Origin: Chlamydiota bacterium
Lineage (GTDB): Bacteria > Auribacterota > JACPWU01
Reading direction: 5' to 3'
NCBI GenBank assembly: GCA_016196885.1
Contig: JACPWU010000015.1
Coordinates: 1-25,385, forward strand
DNA: 25,385 nt
Part shown: positions 15,764 to 24,331 of the stretch, in pieces
How positions within the stretch are numbered: position 1 is the stretch's first letter
Layout of the letters: every line of letters begins with the position of its first letter
Position numbers and translations under genes: made by a program
Notes under the pieces: model-generated
Told to the model about the DNA's origin: nothing
Seen by the model: only the letters and a program-made list of their open reading frames with translations
Databases searched by the model: none

Positions 15764-17671
15764 ATGATTTTCCTACGTTTACTCGATTGGATTATTTGGC
15801 TTCTTCCCTCCCGTCTCACGTTATTTTTCGGACGCATGCTGGGGACGTTCATTTATAAAATAGATCGAAGACATCGTGACATTGCCCTCTCTAATTTAAA
15901 AGAAGCCTATCCTGCCTACACACTTCTTCATCTGAAAAAAATTGCAAAGGGGGCATTTCAACATTTGGTGCTATTGGGGTTGGAGATTTTAATTCTTTCC
16001 CGAAAATCCCCATTGAAGTGGAGAGAAAAGGTTTTTGATGAAGGGCTTGAACATTTGGAAGAGGCTCGGCTTCGACAGAAGTCTATTCTTTTTCTCACGG
16101 GACATGTCGGGAATTGGGAGATTTTGGCGATGCTGGGCCGCTGGGCAGGTTTTATCGAGTCTGTGATTGCAAGGAATCCTACTTCTAAAAAAATGCAGCA
16201 CTGGATTGATTCGATTCGCAGGCGCTATGGTGTTCAAGTGATTGGGAAAGGCCAGCTTCGTTACATCATTGAGGAGTTTAAGCATCAAAGGACGGTCGGG
16301 GCCTTGATTGATCAAGATGCGGGACGTCGGGGGACTTTTGTTCCTTTTTTTGGCCGCTTGGCTTCTACGCCCACAGGGGTGATTCGGCTGGGATTAAAGG
16401 CGGGAGTGCCTATCCTACCTGCCTTTTCGAGAAGAATTTCGGATCGTTTAGAATATCGTCTGTGGATAGGCGAAGATTTAACAAAGGGTTTGGAAAATCT
16501 TCCCTTGAGAGAAAAGGAAAAAAAAGTTTTGGAAAGATTTACGCAAGCACTTGAAAGATTTGTCAGAGAAGATCCTTCGCAGTGGTTGTGGCTCCATCGT
16601 CGTTGGAAGACAAGGCCGTCACAAGAGATGCCGCGACCCCGCAAGAAAGCCCTTTTCTTGACAGATGGGAAGGCGGGACATTTTAATCAGCTTTTGGGAA
16701 TTTCGAGAGGACTTGATTCCTGGGAGAAAAATTTTTGTTTGATTGAATTTAAATCTCGTTTTCACAGGGCCTGGGTGTATGGGATGGCCTTGTGTAGCAT
16801 TTCCTCCATTCGTCTTTTGAGATGGGCCTTGCTCCCCTCCTCTCGGAAGGATCTCCCCATTTGGGCTCCCTCTGTCATTTTGGCTTGCGGGGGAACGACC
16901 GCGACAGCCGCTTATGTTTTGAAACATTATTATGGAAGTAAAACGGTTGTTTTGATGAGATCGGCCTTTTGGCAAGTGGAGAAAATGTTTGACCTTGCAA
17001 TTTTGCCCCTTCATGACAAACCCAAGAAAAGGGCCCATGTGATACAACTTTTAGGATCTCCGAGCATTGTCACTCAGGACCTGCTTTATCAGGCCTCTAT
17101 TCAATGGGTCGAGAGGTTAAAGTTAGGGTCGGGTCGGAAAATCGGAGTTCTCGTTGGGGGGGATTCTCCTCGTCAAAAAATGGGTGTAGAGGTGATGAAA
17201 AAGGCAGTGGAGTTTTTGCAGAATCATAAGGGGGAGTATGAGATTCTTTTAGCAACTTCTCGAAGAACGCCGAAGATCATAGAACATTTAATTAGAGATG
17301 CCTTGGAAGGTCAGGATCGTGTGCATTTGCTTTGGGTGAAAGACAATCCCGATAATCCAATTCCTGGAATTCTGGGAATCTCGGATGTGGTCCTCGTGAC
17401 GGAGGATAGTTTTTCCATGCTGATGGAGGCCATTCATTCGGGGCGGCCTGTGATTTCATTGCGTTTGTCTCTTCCTGGATGGCAGTCTTTGAAATATGAG
17501 GAGACACTTTGCGGTCTAGAAAAAGAGGGGCGTTTGATTCGTTCCTCACCCGAGGGATTGGAAAAATCTTTCGAGATGATTTTAAGAAAAGGTTCATTTT
17601 CGAAGAAGGTGAATAATCCTGAGACGGAACAGGCGGTGAAGGCGGTGTTGAATTTGATGGGGGAAAAGTGA
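15764..17671 (+). CDS. lpxL: fusion protein: lipid A biosynthesis secondary acyltransferase (LpxL/HtrB family) N-terminal domain + ELM1/DUF1022-like GT-B-fold C-terminal domain
   Basis: The N-terminal ~290 aa carry the TM anchor and the 'LFLTGHVGNWE' HX4(D/E)-type acyltransferase motif. The C-terminal ~340 aa begin 'ALFLTDGKAGHFNQLLGISRGL' and end '...VLVTEDSFSMLMEAIHSGRPV', which I recognise as the Mito_fiss_Elm1-type family. One uninterrupted 635-aa ORF. Confidence 0.65.
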   Translation: MIFLRLLDWIIWLLPSRLTLFFGRMLGTFIYKIDRRHRDIALSNLKEAYPAYTLLHLKKIAKGAFQHLVLLGLEILILSRKSPLKWREKVFDEGLEHLEEARLRQKSILFLTGHVGNWEILAMLGRWAGFIESVIARNPTSKKMQHWIDSIRRRYGVQVIGKGQLRYIIEEFKHQRTVGALIDQDAGRRGTFVPFFGRLASTPTGVIRLGLKAGVPILPAFSRRISDRLEYRLWIGEDLTKGLENLPLREKEKKVLERFTQALERFVREDPSQWLWLHRRWKTRPSQEMPRPRKKALFLTDGKAGHFNQLLGISRGLDSWEKNFCLIEFKSRFHRAWVYGMALCSISSIRLLRWALLPSSRKDLPIWAPSVILACGGTTATAAYVLKHYYGSKTVVLMRSAFWQVEKMFDLAILPLHDKPKKRAHVIQLLGSPSIVTQDLLYQASIQWVERLKLGSGRKIGVLVGGDSPRQKMGVEVMKKAVEFLQNHKGEYEILLATSRRTPKIIEHLIRDALEGQDRVHLLWVKDNPDNPIPGILGISDVVLVTEDSFSMLMEAIHSGRPVISLRLSLPGWQSLKYEETLCGLEKEGRLIRSSPEGLEKSFEMILRKGSFSKKVNNPETEQAVKAVLNLMGEK

Positions 17672-17876
17672 AAGAGAGAAGGAATGCGGGTCCTGTCCCT
17701 CCTCACCCCCATCGACGGCATCGGTCTCGGTATATTTTTTGAGGGGATGTACGAATTTTAGTCTCGACCTGCTGGCGCTCGATGGGGGACCCCCAGTCGG
17801 GCCACCCGCAATTTCGTTTGAATAAAAGTTGTCACTTTCCCCAAGGGGGGTGTGGGGAAGTAACGATGGAGAATTT

Positions 17877-19958
17877 GTGAAAATTTTACAAATCGTTCCA
17901 GAGATGAAAATGGGAGGCGTGGAGACGGGGACTTTAGATTTGGCCAAGGCTCTGGTCGAAAGAGGCCATCAGGCTTTTGTGATCAGTGCGGGAGGGCCGA
18001 TGGTTTCTGATTTGGAGCGCAGGGGGGTGTGGCATCTGGAGCTTCCTGTGTGCCGAAAATCTCCTGGGACGATTTTGCGGATGTCTCGCCGCGTGAGAAA
18101 ATTCATTCGCGATGAGAAAATAGACATTGTGCATGCCCGTTCTCGAGTGCCAGCTTGGATTGGTTTTTTAGCGGTTCGCGGAACGAAGGCCCGCTTTCTC
18201 ACGACCGCCCATGGTTATTATCGCCCTCATTGTTTTAGCCGTGTGATGGGCTGGGGAGAGCGGATCATTGCGATTTCAGAATCGATTCAAGAGCATTTGA
18301 TTCAAAATTTTCATGTTTTCCCGGATCGGATTCGTTTGATTCATCGCGGAGTGGATTTGAAGAATTTTTCCTATCGTGAAAAGTTGATTCATCCCCATTC
18401 TCTTCGCATTGGAATTTTAGGTCGGTTGACACCTCTCAAGGGACATGAATATTTCATCAAGGCCTTTCAAAAAGTGAGAGCCGTTTTCCCGGATGCGAAA
18501 GGCATGGTTGTTGGAAGTGCACCTCCTTCCAAAAAATCTCATGAAGAATTTTTGATTCGTTTGCGGGACGAGTTGGGTTTAAAAGAAGCGATTGAGTTTA
18601 TATCAGGGACTTCGCAGGTGGCGGAAATTTTGAAAACGCTGGATGTTCTGGTTTTAGCCACCACGACGCCGGAAGGTTTTGGCCGTGTCATCATTGAAGC
18701 CCAAGCGGTGGGAGTTCCCGTTGTAGCAACCGCTGTGGGAGGGGTTGTGGATGTTATTGAGCATGGGAGAAACGGATGGCTTGTTACCCCAGGTGATTCA
18801 GAATCTTTGGCCCGTACCCTCCTTTCAGTTTTGCAGGATTCTCCTCTCACTTTGAAAAATATTCGAGAGGCGAGGCGTCGGGTGGAAGAAAGATTCACAT
18901 TGGATTTGATGGTAGAAAAAACGCTTGAGGTCTATCAAGAACTTTTGAAATCTCCAAAAATCTTGGTCATCAAATGGAGCGCCTTGGGAGATATTATTCT
19001 CGTCAGCCCCTCTTTGAGGGCGCTTCGATCGGCTTATCCTCAAGGGGAAATTTCTCTTTTGATTGACGAGGCCTACGGTGAGATTGTACAAAATTCTCCT
19101 TATGTCGATCAGAAAATTTTGATTCGGAGAAAAAAAGGAGGATTCAGAAATTTTTTTCGCTGGCTCCATGAAATTCGCATCCGTAAATTCGATGTCCTCA
19201 TTGATTTTCAAAACAGTGAGAAATCTCATCTACTGGGGTGGCTCAGTCAGATTCCCAAACGCATCGGTTATGGTAGAAGAGGACGGAATTTCTGCCTCAC
19301 GCATCCCTTGCGTTATCAGCCAGAGTCAGGGCCCGTAGAAAGTCAAAATCGGCTTTTGAAATTTTTAAATATTTCGATGAATGATTTTCATCTTGAAATG
19401 TGGCCGTCTCGTCCAGAGGAGGCAAGTGTCGAGAAGAGTTTAGAAAGACAGGGAGTTTCTTCTCGGGAAAAAATGGTTGCCCTTTTCCCTTTTTCCAATG
19501 CACGTTGGCAGACCAAACAATGGGGTCTGAATCATTTTATAACTTTAGCTGAATGTGTTTCAGAGAAATTGAAGATGATCCCTGTTTTTATCGGAGGTAA
19601 AGAGGACGCCCTCTTCAAACCTATCTTAAAAGATCGGTTGAAAATTCGTTATTTGGATTGGATTGGCGAGGCGAATATGGGAGAGCTTTCAGAACTGTTG
19701 AAGCGATGCTGTGTTTTGGTGAGCGGAGATTCGGCTCCTTTACATGTGGGGGCGGCATCCGGGACTCCAGTGATTGCATTTTTTGGCCCGACAGATCCAA
19801 GGCGTCATGCACCTCCCGGTCGTGTGAAAATTTTGACGCAGGCGGTTCCCTGTGCCCCGTGTTATTCTCCGACGTGTCGGATTAAGACGCACGATTGTCT
19901 AGAGGAAGTCACGGTTGAACAGGTGTTCAATGCCATTCAGGAAATCTTGAAAAGATGA
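17877..19958 (+). CDS. fusion protein: GT4 (GT-B, EX7E) glycosyltransferase + GT9 heptosyltransferase-like domain
   Basis: GT4 part: 'KILQIVPEMKMGGVE...' through 'GFGRVIIEAQAVGVPVVATAVGGVVDVIEHGRNGWLV'. GT9 part starts 'ILVIKWSALGDIILVSPSLRALR' and ends with a 4-Cys motif. The GTG at 17877 is preceded by 'ggaga'; the ORF track's upstream start at 17829 has no SD. The stop overlaps the next ATG (ATGA). Confidence 0.7.
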   Translation: MKILQIVPEMKMGGVETGTLDLAKALVERGHQAFVISAGGPMVSDLERRGVWHLELPVCRKSPGTILRMSRRVRKFIRDEKIDIVHARSRVPAWIGFLAVRGTKARFLTTAHGYYRPHCFSRVMGWGERIIAISESIQEHLIQNFHVFPDRIRLIHRGVDLKNFSYREKLIHPHSLRIGILGRLTPLKGHEYFIKAFQKVRAVFPDAKGMVVGSAPPSKKSHEEFLIRLRDELGLKEAIEFISGTSQVAEILKTLDVLVLATTTPEGFGRVIIEAQAVGVPVVATAVGGVVDVIEHGRNGWLVTPGDSESLARTLLSVLQDSPLTLKNIREARRRVEERFTLDLMVEKTLEVYQELLKSPKILVIKWSALGDIILVSPSLRALRSAYPQGEISLLIDEAYGEIVQNSPYVDQKILIRRKKGGFRNFFRWLHEIRIRKFDVLIDFQNSEKSHLLGWLSQIPKRIGYGRRGRNFCLTHPLRYQPESGPVESQNRLLKFLNISMNDFHLEMWPSRPEEASVEKSLERQGVSSREKMVALFPFSNARWQTKQWGLNHFITLAECVSEKLKMIPVFIGGKEDALFKPILKDRLKIRYLDWIGEANMGELSELLKRCCVLVSGDSAPLHVGAASGTPVIAFFGPTDPRRHAPPGRVKILTQAVPCAPCYSPTCRIKTHDCLEEVTVEQVFNAIQEILKR

Positions 19959-21010
19959 AGTTGAAATTTATTCCCCGCCGGATTTTGATGATATTGCCCA
20001 ATTGGATTGGGGATGTTCTTTTCACGACTCCTGCGATTCGCGAGCTGAAATTAAATTTTCCTCATGCTGCAATCACCGCAATGGTTTGGCCAAGTTGTGT
20101 AGAGGTCTTGAGAGGGAATCCAGATCTGAATGAAATTTTGCCTTTGGATGAGAAGGGTTTTTATCGAGGTTTCAAGGGAAAGGTCAGGCTTCTTTTTGAT
20201 TTAAGGAAAAAAAATTTTGACACGGTTTTTATTTTTCATCGTTCAAGAACCCGTGCCATCATCTCTTTTTTGGCGGGTATTCCACAACGGGTGGGCTATC
20301 AAATGCCGGGTCGAGCGCGTTTCCTGAATGTCCCCCTTCCGCATCAAGATTATGATTTGGTTCATCGAGTGGATTACTACTTGGGACTTGTGAGGGTGTT
20401 AGGGCCTAAAATTCAGGAACCCGTTCAATACGTGTTCAGCGTCGGAAAAAGTGATGAAAACTGGGCATCCCTCTTTCTATCGAAAAAAGGCATTCGGGAA
20501 GGGGATTTAAAGATTGTGATGAATCCAGCGGGAAACTGGGCACCCAAACGATGGTCTCCCTCTCTCTATGGAAGGTTGGCGAGGTTGATGATGGAATCTT
20601 GGAATGCGCGGGTGATCCTGATCGGCACAGTGAAGGATGAAAAAATATTTCAAGAAATGAGAAAAGAGGCGGGGCCCTCTTTAATCTCAGTTGTCGGCGA
20701 CACAAATTTAAGAGAGATGGCGGCTCTTTTAAAAGCATCAGATCTTTATGTCGGGAATGATTCGGGGCCTACGCATTTGGCTCATGCCATGAAAGTTCCT
20801 TTGATTGCACTCTTCGGTCCCCAAGATCCTAAAATCACAGGCCCTTATGGAGAGGGAAGGGCGAAAGTGATTTTTAGAAATAAAGGATGTCAGGTGCCCT
20901 GTTACAGACCTGAGTGTGAAACGAACCGTTGCATTGACGAAATTACAGTGGAGGAAGTTTTTCAAGCTGCGGCGGAGATTTTGAAGGGGACGGTGACAGC
21001 GTGTTGTTAA
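19955..21010 (+). CDS. GT9 ADP-heptose:LPS heptosyltransferase (WaaF/WaaC family)
   Basis: 'ILMILPNWIGDVLFTTPAIRELK' N-terminal motif and a 'NDSGPTHLAHAMKVPLIALFGP' nucleotide-sugar-binding region. C-terminal 'CQVPCYRPECETNRC'. Confidence 0.8.
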   Translation: MKLKFIPRRILMILPNWIGDVLFTTPAIRELKLNFPHAAITAMVWPSCVEVLRGNPDLNEILPLDEKGFYRGFKGKVRLLFDLRKKNFDTVFIFHRSRTRAIISFLAGIPQRVGYQMPGRARFLNVPLPHQDYDLVHRVDYYLGLVRVLGPKIQEPVQYVFSVGKSDENWASLFLSKKGIREGDLKIVMNPAGNWAPKRWSPSLYGRLARLMMESWNARVILIGTVKDEKIFQEMRKEAGPSLISVVGDTNLREMAALLKASDLYVGNDSGPTHLAHAMKVPLIALFGPQDPKITGPYGEGRAKVIFRNKGCQVPCYRPECETNRCIDEITVEEVFQAAAEILKGTVTACC

Positions 21011-21031
21011 CAGCATAAATCTAATTGAGAA

Positions 21032-22045
21032 TTGTCCATTATCAATTCTATGAAAATCAATCCAGATAAAATTCAAAAAATTCTTTTTATCAGTTTAAGC
21101 AATATGGGCGATGCCATTTTGACCACGCCCTGTCTTGATCTGACGCGCCGTTTTTTTAAGAGGGCTAAAATCACGGTGATGGTGGGCCCTCGGGCTCGGG
21201 AAGTTTTCGAGGGTCATCCTCAGGCGGATCAACTGATGGTTTATGATAAACAGGCCTCTCTTCGAGAGAAAATGGCGCTCATGTTAAAATTAAGAGAGCA
21301 ACATTTTGATTTGGTGATTGATCTAAAGCATACCTGGATCCCTGTGTTGATTCGTCCTCGCTATGCCACCCCTCTTTTTCGAAAAAAGGGAGAGGGACAT
21401 GCCGTGCGTCGTCATTTGGCAAACCTAAAAGCGATAGGGATTGAAGGATCTTGCGGCTTTGTTTTTCCAGAACGCATGGAGGATCGTAAAAAAGTTGAAA
21501 AAATACTTTCAGATCAAGGGATTCCTCGGAATTCTTATGCGGTTTTAGCGCCAGGCGCTGCAAGCTCCTTGAAGCGATGGCCGATTGAAAAGTTTAAACA
21601 ACTCGCGGAGAAATTAAAAAGTGAAAATTCTCTTCCCGTTATTATTGTAGGGGCTTCTAGCGATCAAAAGGAATTCGAAAATTTCTTTCCCTCTTCAGAA
21701 TGGCTGAATTTAACCGGAGAATTCTCTTTGATGGAATTGGGAGAACTCCTAAAAGGGGCAAGGCTTTTGATCACGAACGATTCGGGCCCCATGCATTTAG
21801 GGGCTGCTTGGGGTACCCCGACCCTTGCCCTTTTTGGTCCCACGGATCTAGAGAGATATGGACCCTATGGCTCCATGCATCGGGTCGTCCGGCTTGATTT
21901 ACGTTGCTCCCCCTGCATGGCCGCAACGTGCAGGATCAAAACCCGCGAATGCCTCGACCATTTGGAGGTGGACCCAGTATATCAGACGGTTGGAGAAATG
22001 CTCTTGAATCCAGTAGAAATGGCCCGTTCTTGTTTTAAGAACTAA
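21032..22045 (+). CDS. GT9 heptosyltransferase-family glycosyltransferase (third paralog)
   Basis: 'ILFISLSNMGDAILTTPCL' and 'NDSGPMHLGAAWGTPTLALFGP'. C-terminal 'CSPCMAATCRIKTREC'. Start may instead be Met7 at 21050. Confidence 0.75.
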   Translation: MSIINSMKINPDKIQKILFISLSNMGDAILTTPCLDLTRRFFKRAKITVMVGPRAREVFEGHPQADQLMVYDKQASLREKMALMLKLREQHFDLVIDLKHTWIPVLIRPRYATPLFRKKGEGHAVRRHLANLKAIGIEGSCGFVFPERMEDRKKVEKILSDQGIPRNSYAVLAPGAASSLKRWPIEKFKQLAEKLKSENSLPVIIVGASSDQKEFENFFPSSEWLNLTGEFSLMELGELLKGARLLITNDSGPMHLGAAWGTPTLALFGPTDLERYGPYGSMHRVVRLDLRCSPCMAATCRIKTRECLDHLEVDPVYQTVGEMLLNPVEMARSCFKN

Positions 22046-22294
22046 TCGTAATTGGACCCAAGAACAGAGATAGAAAATGGAATTTGACACATCCCCTGGG
22101 GACTATAAAAACATGACATCTTGACCCATCTGAACTTTCAGAAAATCTCGACATACCTTACAGGTATGCCTCGAGTTTTCTTCAAGTCCATCTGGGCCAA
22201 CCTGTCGCTCTTGAGTTCTCATTTTCTATCTCTGTCCTCGGGTTGGATTGAAAATGGGACTACATATGTGGTAACATGTTATAGGAGGTGGGTC

Positions 22295-22688
22295 ATGAGG
22301 TATGCAACAGTTCGTGAGTTTAAAATGAATGCCACACGTTTTAGCTTTGCAGGAAGAGATGTGGATCTCACCCGAAACTGAGCAAGAACTTTTGAAGGTG
22401 AATCAGCGTATCGGTAAAAAATTGAATGGATGGCAGCAAATTCGATGGAATCAGCTTTTCCTTCCACTCATTGCTCAAATGGAGCGTGCTATCGTGAAGC
22501 ATCGTGTTTGTATCTGTAGGGATTTAAAAGATGATGCCTATTTATCTCTTGCTAGGGCCGTCGATGCGAATTTTTTGGTGACAGGAGGCAAAGATTTGCT
22601 GAGTCTATCAATGGCACAGCTCGAGACTGTAGGACTCGCCCATCTTACAATTGTGTCGCCTAGAAAGTTCTTGGGGTGCCTAGCTTAA
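22295..22688 (+). pseudogene. decayed toxin-antitoxin remnant: Phd/YefM-like start fused out of frame to the C-terminal ~120 aa of a PIN_3-family nuclease (N-terminal catalytic segment missing)
   Basis: A strong SD 'aggaggtg' precedes the ATG at 22295, which reads 'MRYATVREFKMNATRF...' before a stop at 22381. In the +1 frame from 22329, 'CRDLKDDAYLSLARAVDANFLVTGGKDLLSL...LTIVSPRKFL' is the characteristic C-terminal half of PIN_3 (TIGR00305-type) proteins. An in-frame TGA at 22326 removes the first ~35 aa, including the catalytic Asp. Confidence 0.4.
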
Positions 22689-23113
22689 GCCCCCATCTTT
22701 GTGAAAAGCTGAGCCAGTTCAGGATCGTTCATGACCGAAGCAAATCGAGGATGCGTTGCGATTTTTGCAAAATTTCCTGAAGAGGCTAGTTTTTGAAAGA
22801 GAGGATCTTTCATCAACCTTTGAATTTTGGGATGACCCATCACATTCTGAAAATTTTCACTCTTTTTTAATTCATCTACGGGCTGCATTTCCTTCATGAA
22901 TTTCAAAAGCGATGGATCCTTCATGAGGGCCGCAAATTTGGGATGAGTGGCGATTTTCCCCATGTCCTGACCTTTGGCCAATTGCTTGAATTCAGGGTCT
23001 TTGAGGAGTCCCTGCATCTTGGGGTCATTCATGAGTGCTTTAAATTTATCGTCCTTCATGAGGCGCCGCATGTCTTTCATTTGTTTTACTTTTTGCTTTA
23101 TTTTTTCAAACAT
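22685..23113 (-). CDS. small Lys-rich protein built from STI1/Hop-like 'DP' repeats (internal ~42-aa duplication)
   Basis: SD 'aggaga' on the minus strand. 'LLKDPEFKQLAKGQDMGKIATHPKFAALMKDPSLLKFMKEM' aligns with 'LMKDPLFQKLASSGNFAKIATHPRFASVMNDPELAQLFTKM'. The DPxFxxL periodicity matches the STI1 heat-shock chaperonin-binding motif. No signal peptide. Confidence 0.55.
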   Translation of the reverse strand: MFEKIKQKVKQMKDMRRLMKDDKFKALMNDPKMQGLLKDPEFKQLAKGQDMGKIATHPKFAALMKDPSLLKFMKEMQPVDELKKSENFQNVMGHPKIQRLMKDPLFQKLASSGNFAKIATHPRFASVMNDPELAQLFTKMGA

Positions 23114-23184
23114 ATTTTTCTCCTAAATTTTAAGAATGATAGAATACCCTCTTATTAAAACGAACCTCAAAGGACCTTTTTTCC

Positions 23185-23272
23185 CTCCCCTTGGGTTAAG
23201 GGGAGATCAGGAGGGGTTACGAGAGCGACGCTCATAACTCCCCCTTCCCCTCTTATCTCAAGAGGGGAGTTG
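23185..23272. repeat. C/G-tract double-hairpin repeat, copy B
   Basis: 'ctccccttgggttaaggggag' plus 'cccctcttatctcaagagggg' with an outer 'actc/gagt' stem. Same family as 8804-8877. Sits in the divergent spacer between the STI1-like gene and the SPFH gene. Confidence 0.5.
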
Positions 23273-23333
23273 TAAGGTCATAGCAAGATATACATGAATC
23301 GCTTTTTTGAGTCAATCTGAAAGGAGATTTTCA

Positions 23334-24158
23334 ATGGCGGACGAGATCAAGGTGGGAGTGGCGGGGATCATTGCGGTGTTATTGATTGTGTTTGGCGCTC
23401 TTTTTATCCGGGTGAAATTAATTGAGGATGGAGAGGCTGGCGTCAAATTTAGGCTTGGGAAAATTCAAGAAGAGGCGGTAGGTACAGGCTGGAATTTTTA
23501 TCTCTTCATGTTTACCCGAATCGAAAAGTGGAATATCAAAACTCAAGAGTTGAAAGAAACTGCCAATGTTCCTTCTTCCGAAGGCTTGATTTCAACTTTA
23601 GATATTTCCGTTCTTTTTTATACACCCAAGGAAAATGTGACGAAAATCAGGCGAGCCATTGGACAAAATTATGTCTCAACGGTGGTAGAGCCTTATGTGA
23701 GGGAGTCCATTCGAAACATTGCCAGCGGCTATCAGGTGAAGGCCCTGTACAGTGAGGAAGGGAGAAAGGAAGTCAGTAGCAAGATGTTGGACTTTCTAAG
23801 AAGTAAATTGGAAGAAAAGGGAATTATTGTTCAAGACGTTCTTTTGAGAGATGTCCGGCTTCCTCCTGCATTTCTCGAAAGCATCGAAAGAAAGTTAAAG
23901 ACGGAACAAGAATCTTTGCAAAAGGAATTCGAACTGATCAAAGCGAAGAAGGATGCAGAGATCGAAGTGGCTCGAGCCAGAGGGGTGGCCAAAAGCAATC
24001 GCATCATTGCAAAAAGTGTGGATGCCAATTATCTTCGCTATGTTTGGGTTAAAGGATTGGCAACGCCGAACACTTCCGTGGTTTATGTTCCTACTGAAGC
24101 AAACTTGCCGATATTGGAGAGTCAAAGATGGAACGAAGAACGTCAAAAAGGAAGTTGA
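23334..24158 (+). CDS. SPFH/band-7 (prohibitin-like) membrane protein
   Basis: N-terminal TM 'VGVAGIIAVLLIVFGALFI', then an SPFH core ('GVKFRLGKIQEEAVGTGWNFYLFMFTRIEKWNIKTQEL...') and a coiled-coil tail. SD 'aaaggaga' lies before the ATG at 23334; the ORF track's 23307 start is TTG. Confidence 0.8.
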   Translation: MADEIKVGVAGIIAVLLIVFGALFIRVKLIEDGEAGVKFRLGKIQEEAVGTGWNFYLFMFTRIEKWNIKTQELKETANVPSSEGLISTLDISVLFYTPKENVTKIRRAIGQNYVSTVVEPYVRESIRNIASGYQVKALYSEEGRKEVSSKMLDFLRSKLEEKGIIVQDVLLRDVRLPPAFLESIERKLKTEQESLQKEFELIKAKKDAEIEVARARGVAKSNRIIAKSVDANYLRYVWVKGLATPNTSVVYVPTEANLPILESQRWNEERQKGS

Positions 24159-24270
24159 ATATACATTATCTAGCCGGGTTTATTGATGACGAGGGTTGTA
24201 TTATAGTGTTTATGCGAATAATAATTAAAAAATGACAATCAAAATTTGTAGAGTTTCCTCAAAATTCAAG

Positions 24271-24299
24271 TTGACTTTGTATTCCAAATGGGATACAAT
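24271..24299 (+). promoter_or_regulatory. sigma70-type promoter (TTGACT-17-TACAAT) with overlapping operator palindrome ttgtat-N10-atacaa for dinJ-yafQ
   Basis: -35 is at 24271-76 and -10 at 24294-99 with an exact 17-nt spacer. The inverted repeat 24277-82 / 24293-98 spans the spacer and the -10, as expected for TA autorepression. Confidence 0.5.
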
Positions 24300-24331
24300 T
24301 TTCTGTAATCTTAAGATGGGAGGTGATGGCC

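Noticed and set aside
17672-17876. Long-range inverted repeat 'cccccatcga'...'tcgatggggg' and a T-run in the lpxL-GT4 spacer as a terminator or ncRNA
   Set aside because: The stem immediately 5' of the T-run is poor, and the long-range pairing spans ~55 nt without a supported structure. Left uncalled.
22121-22381. 86-aa plus-strand ORF
   Set aside because: Only the last 29 codons (from the SD-preceded ATG at 22295) look genuine. Upstream is promoter-like non-coding DNA (TTGACA...TATAAA near 22082-22106).
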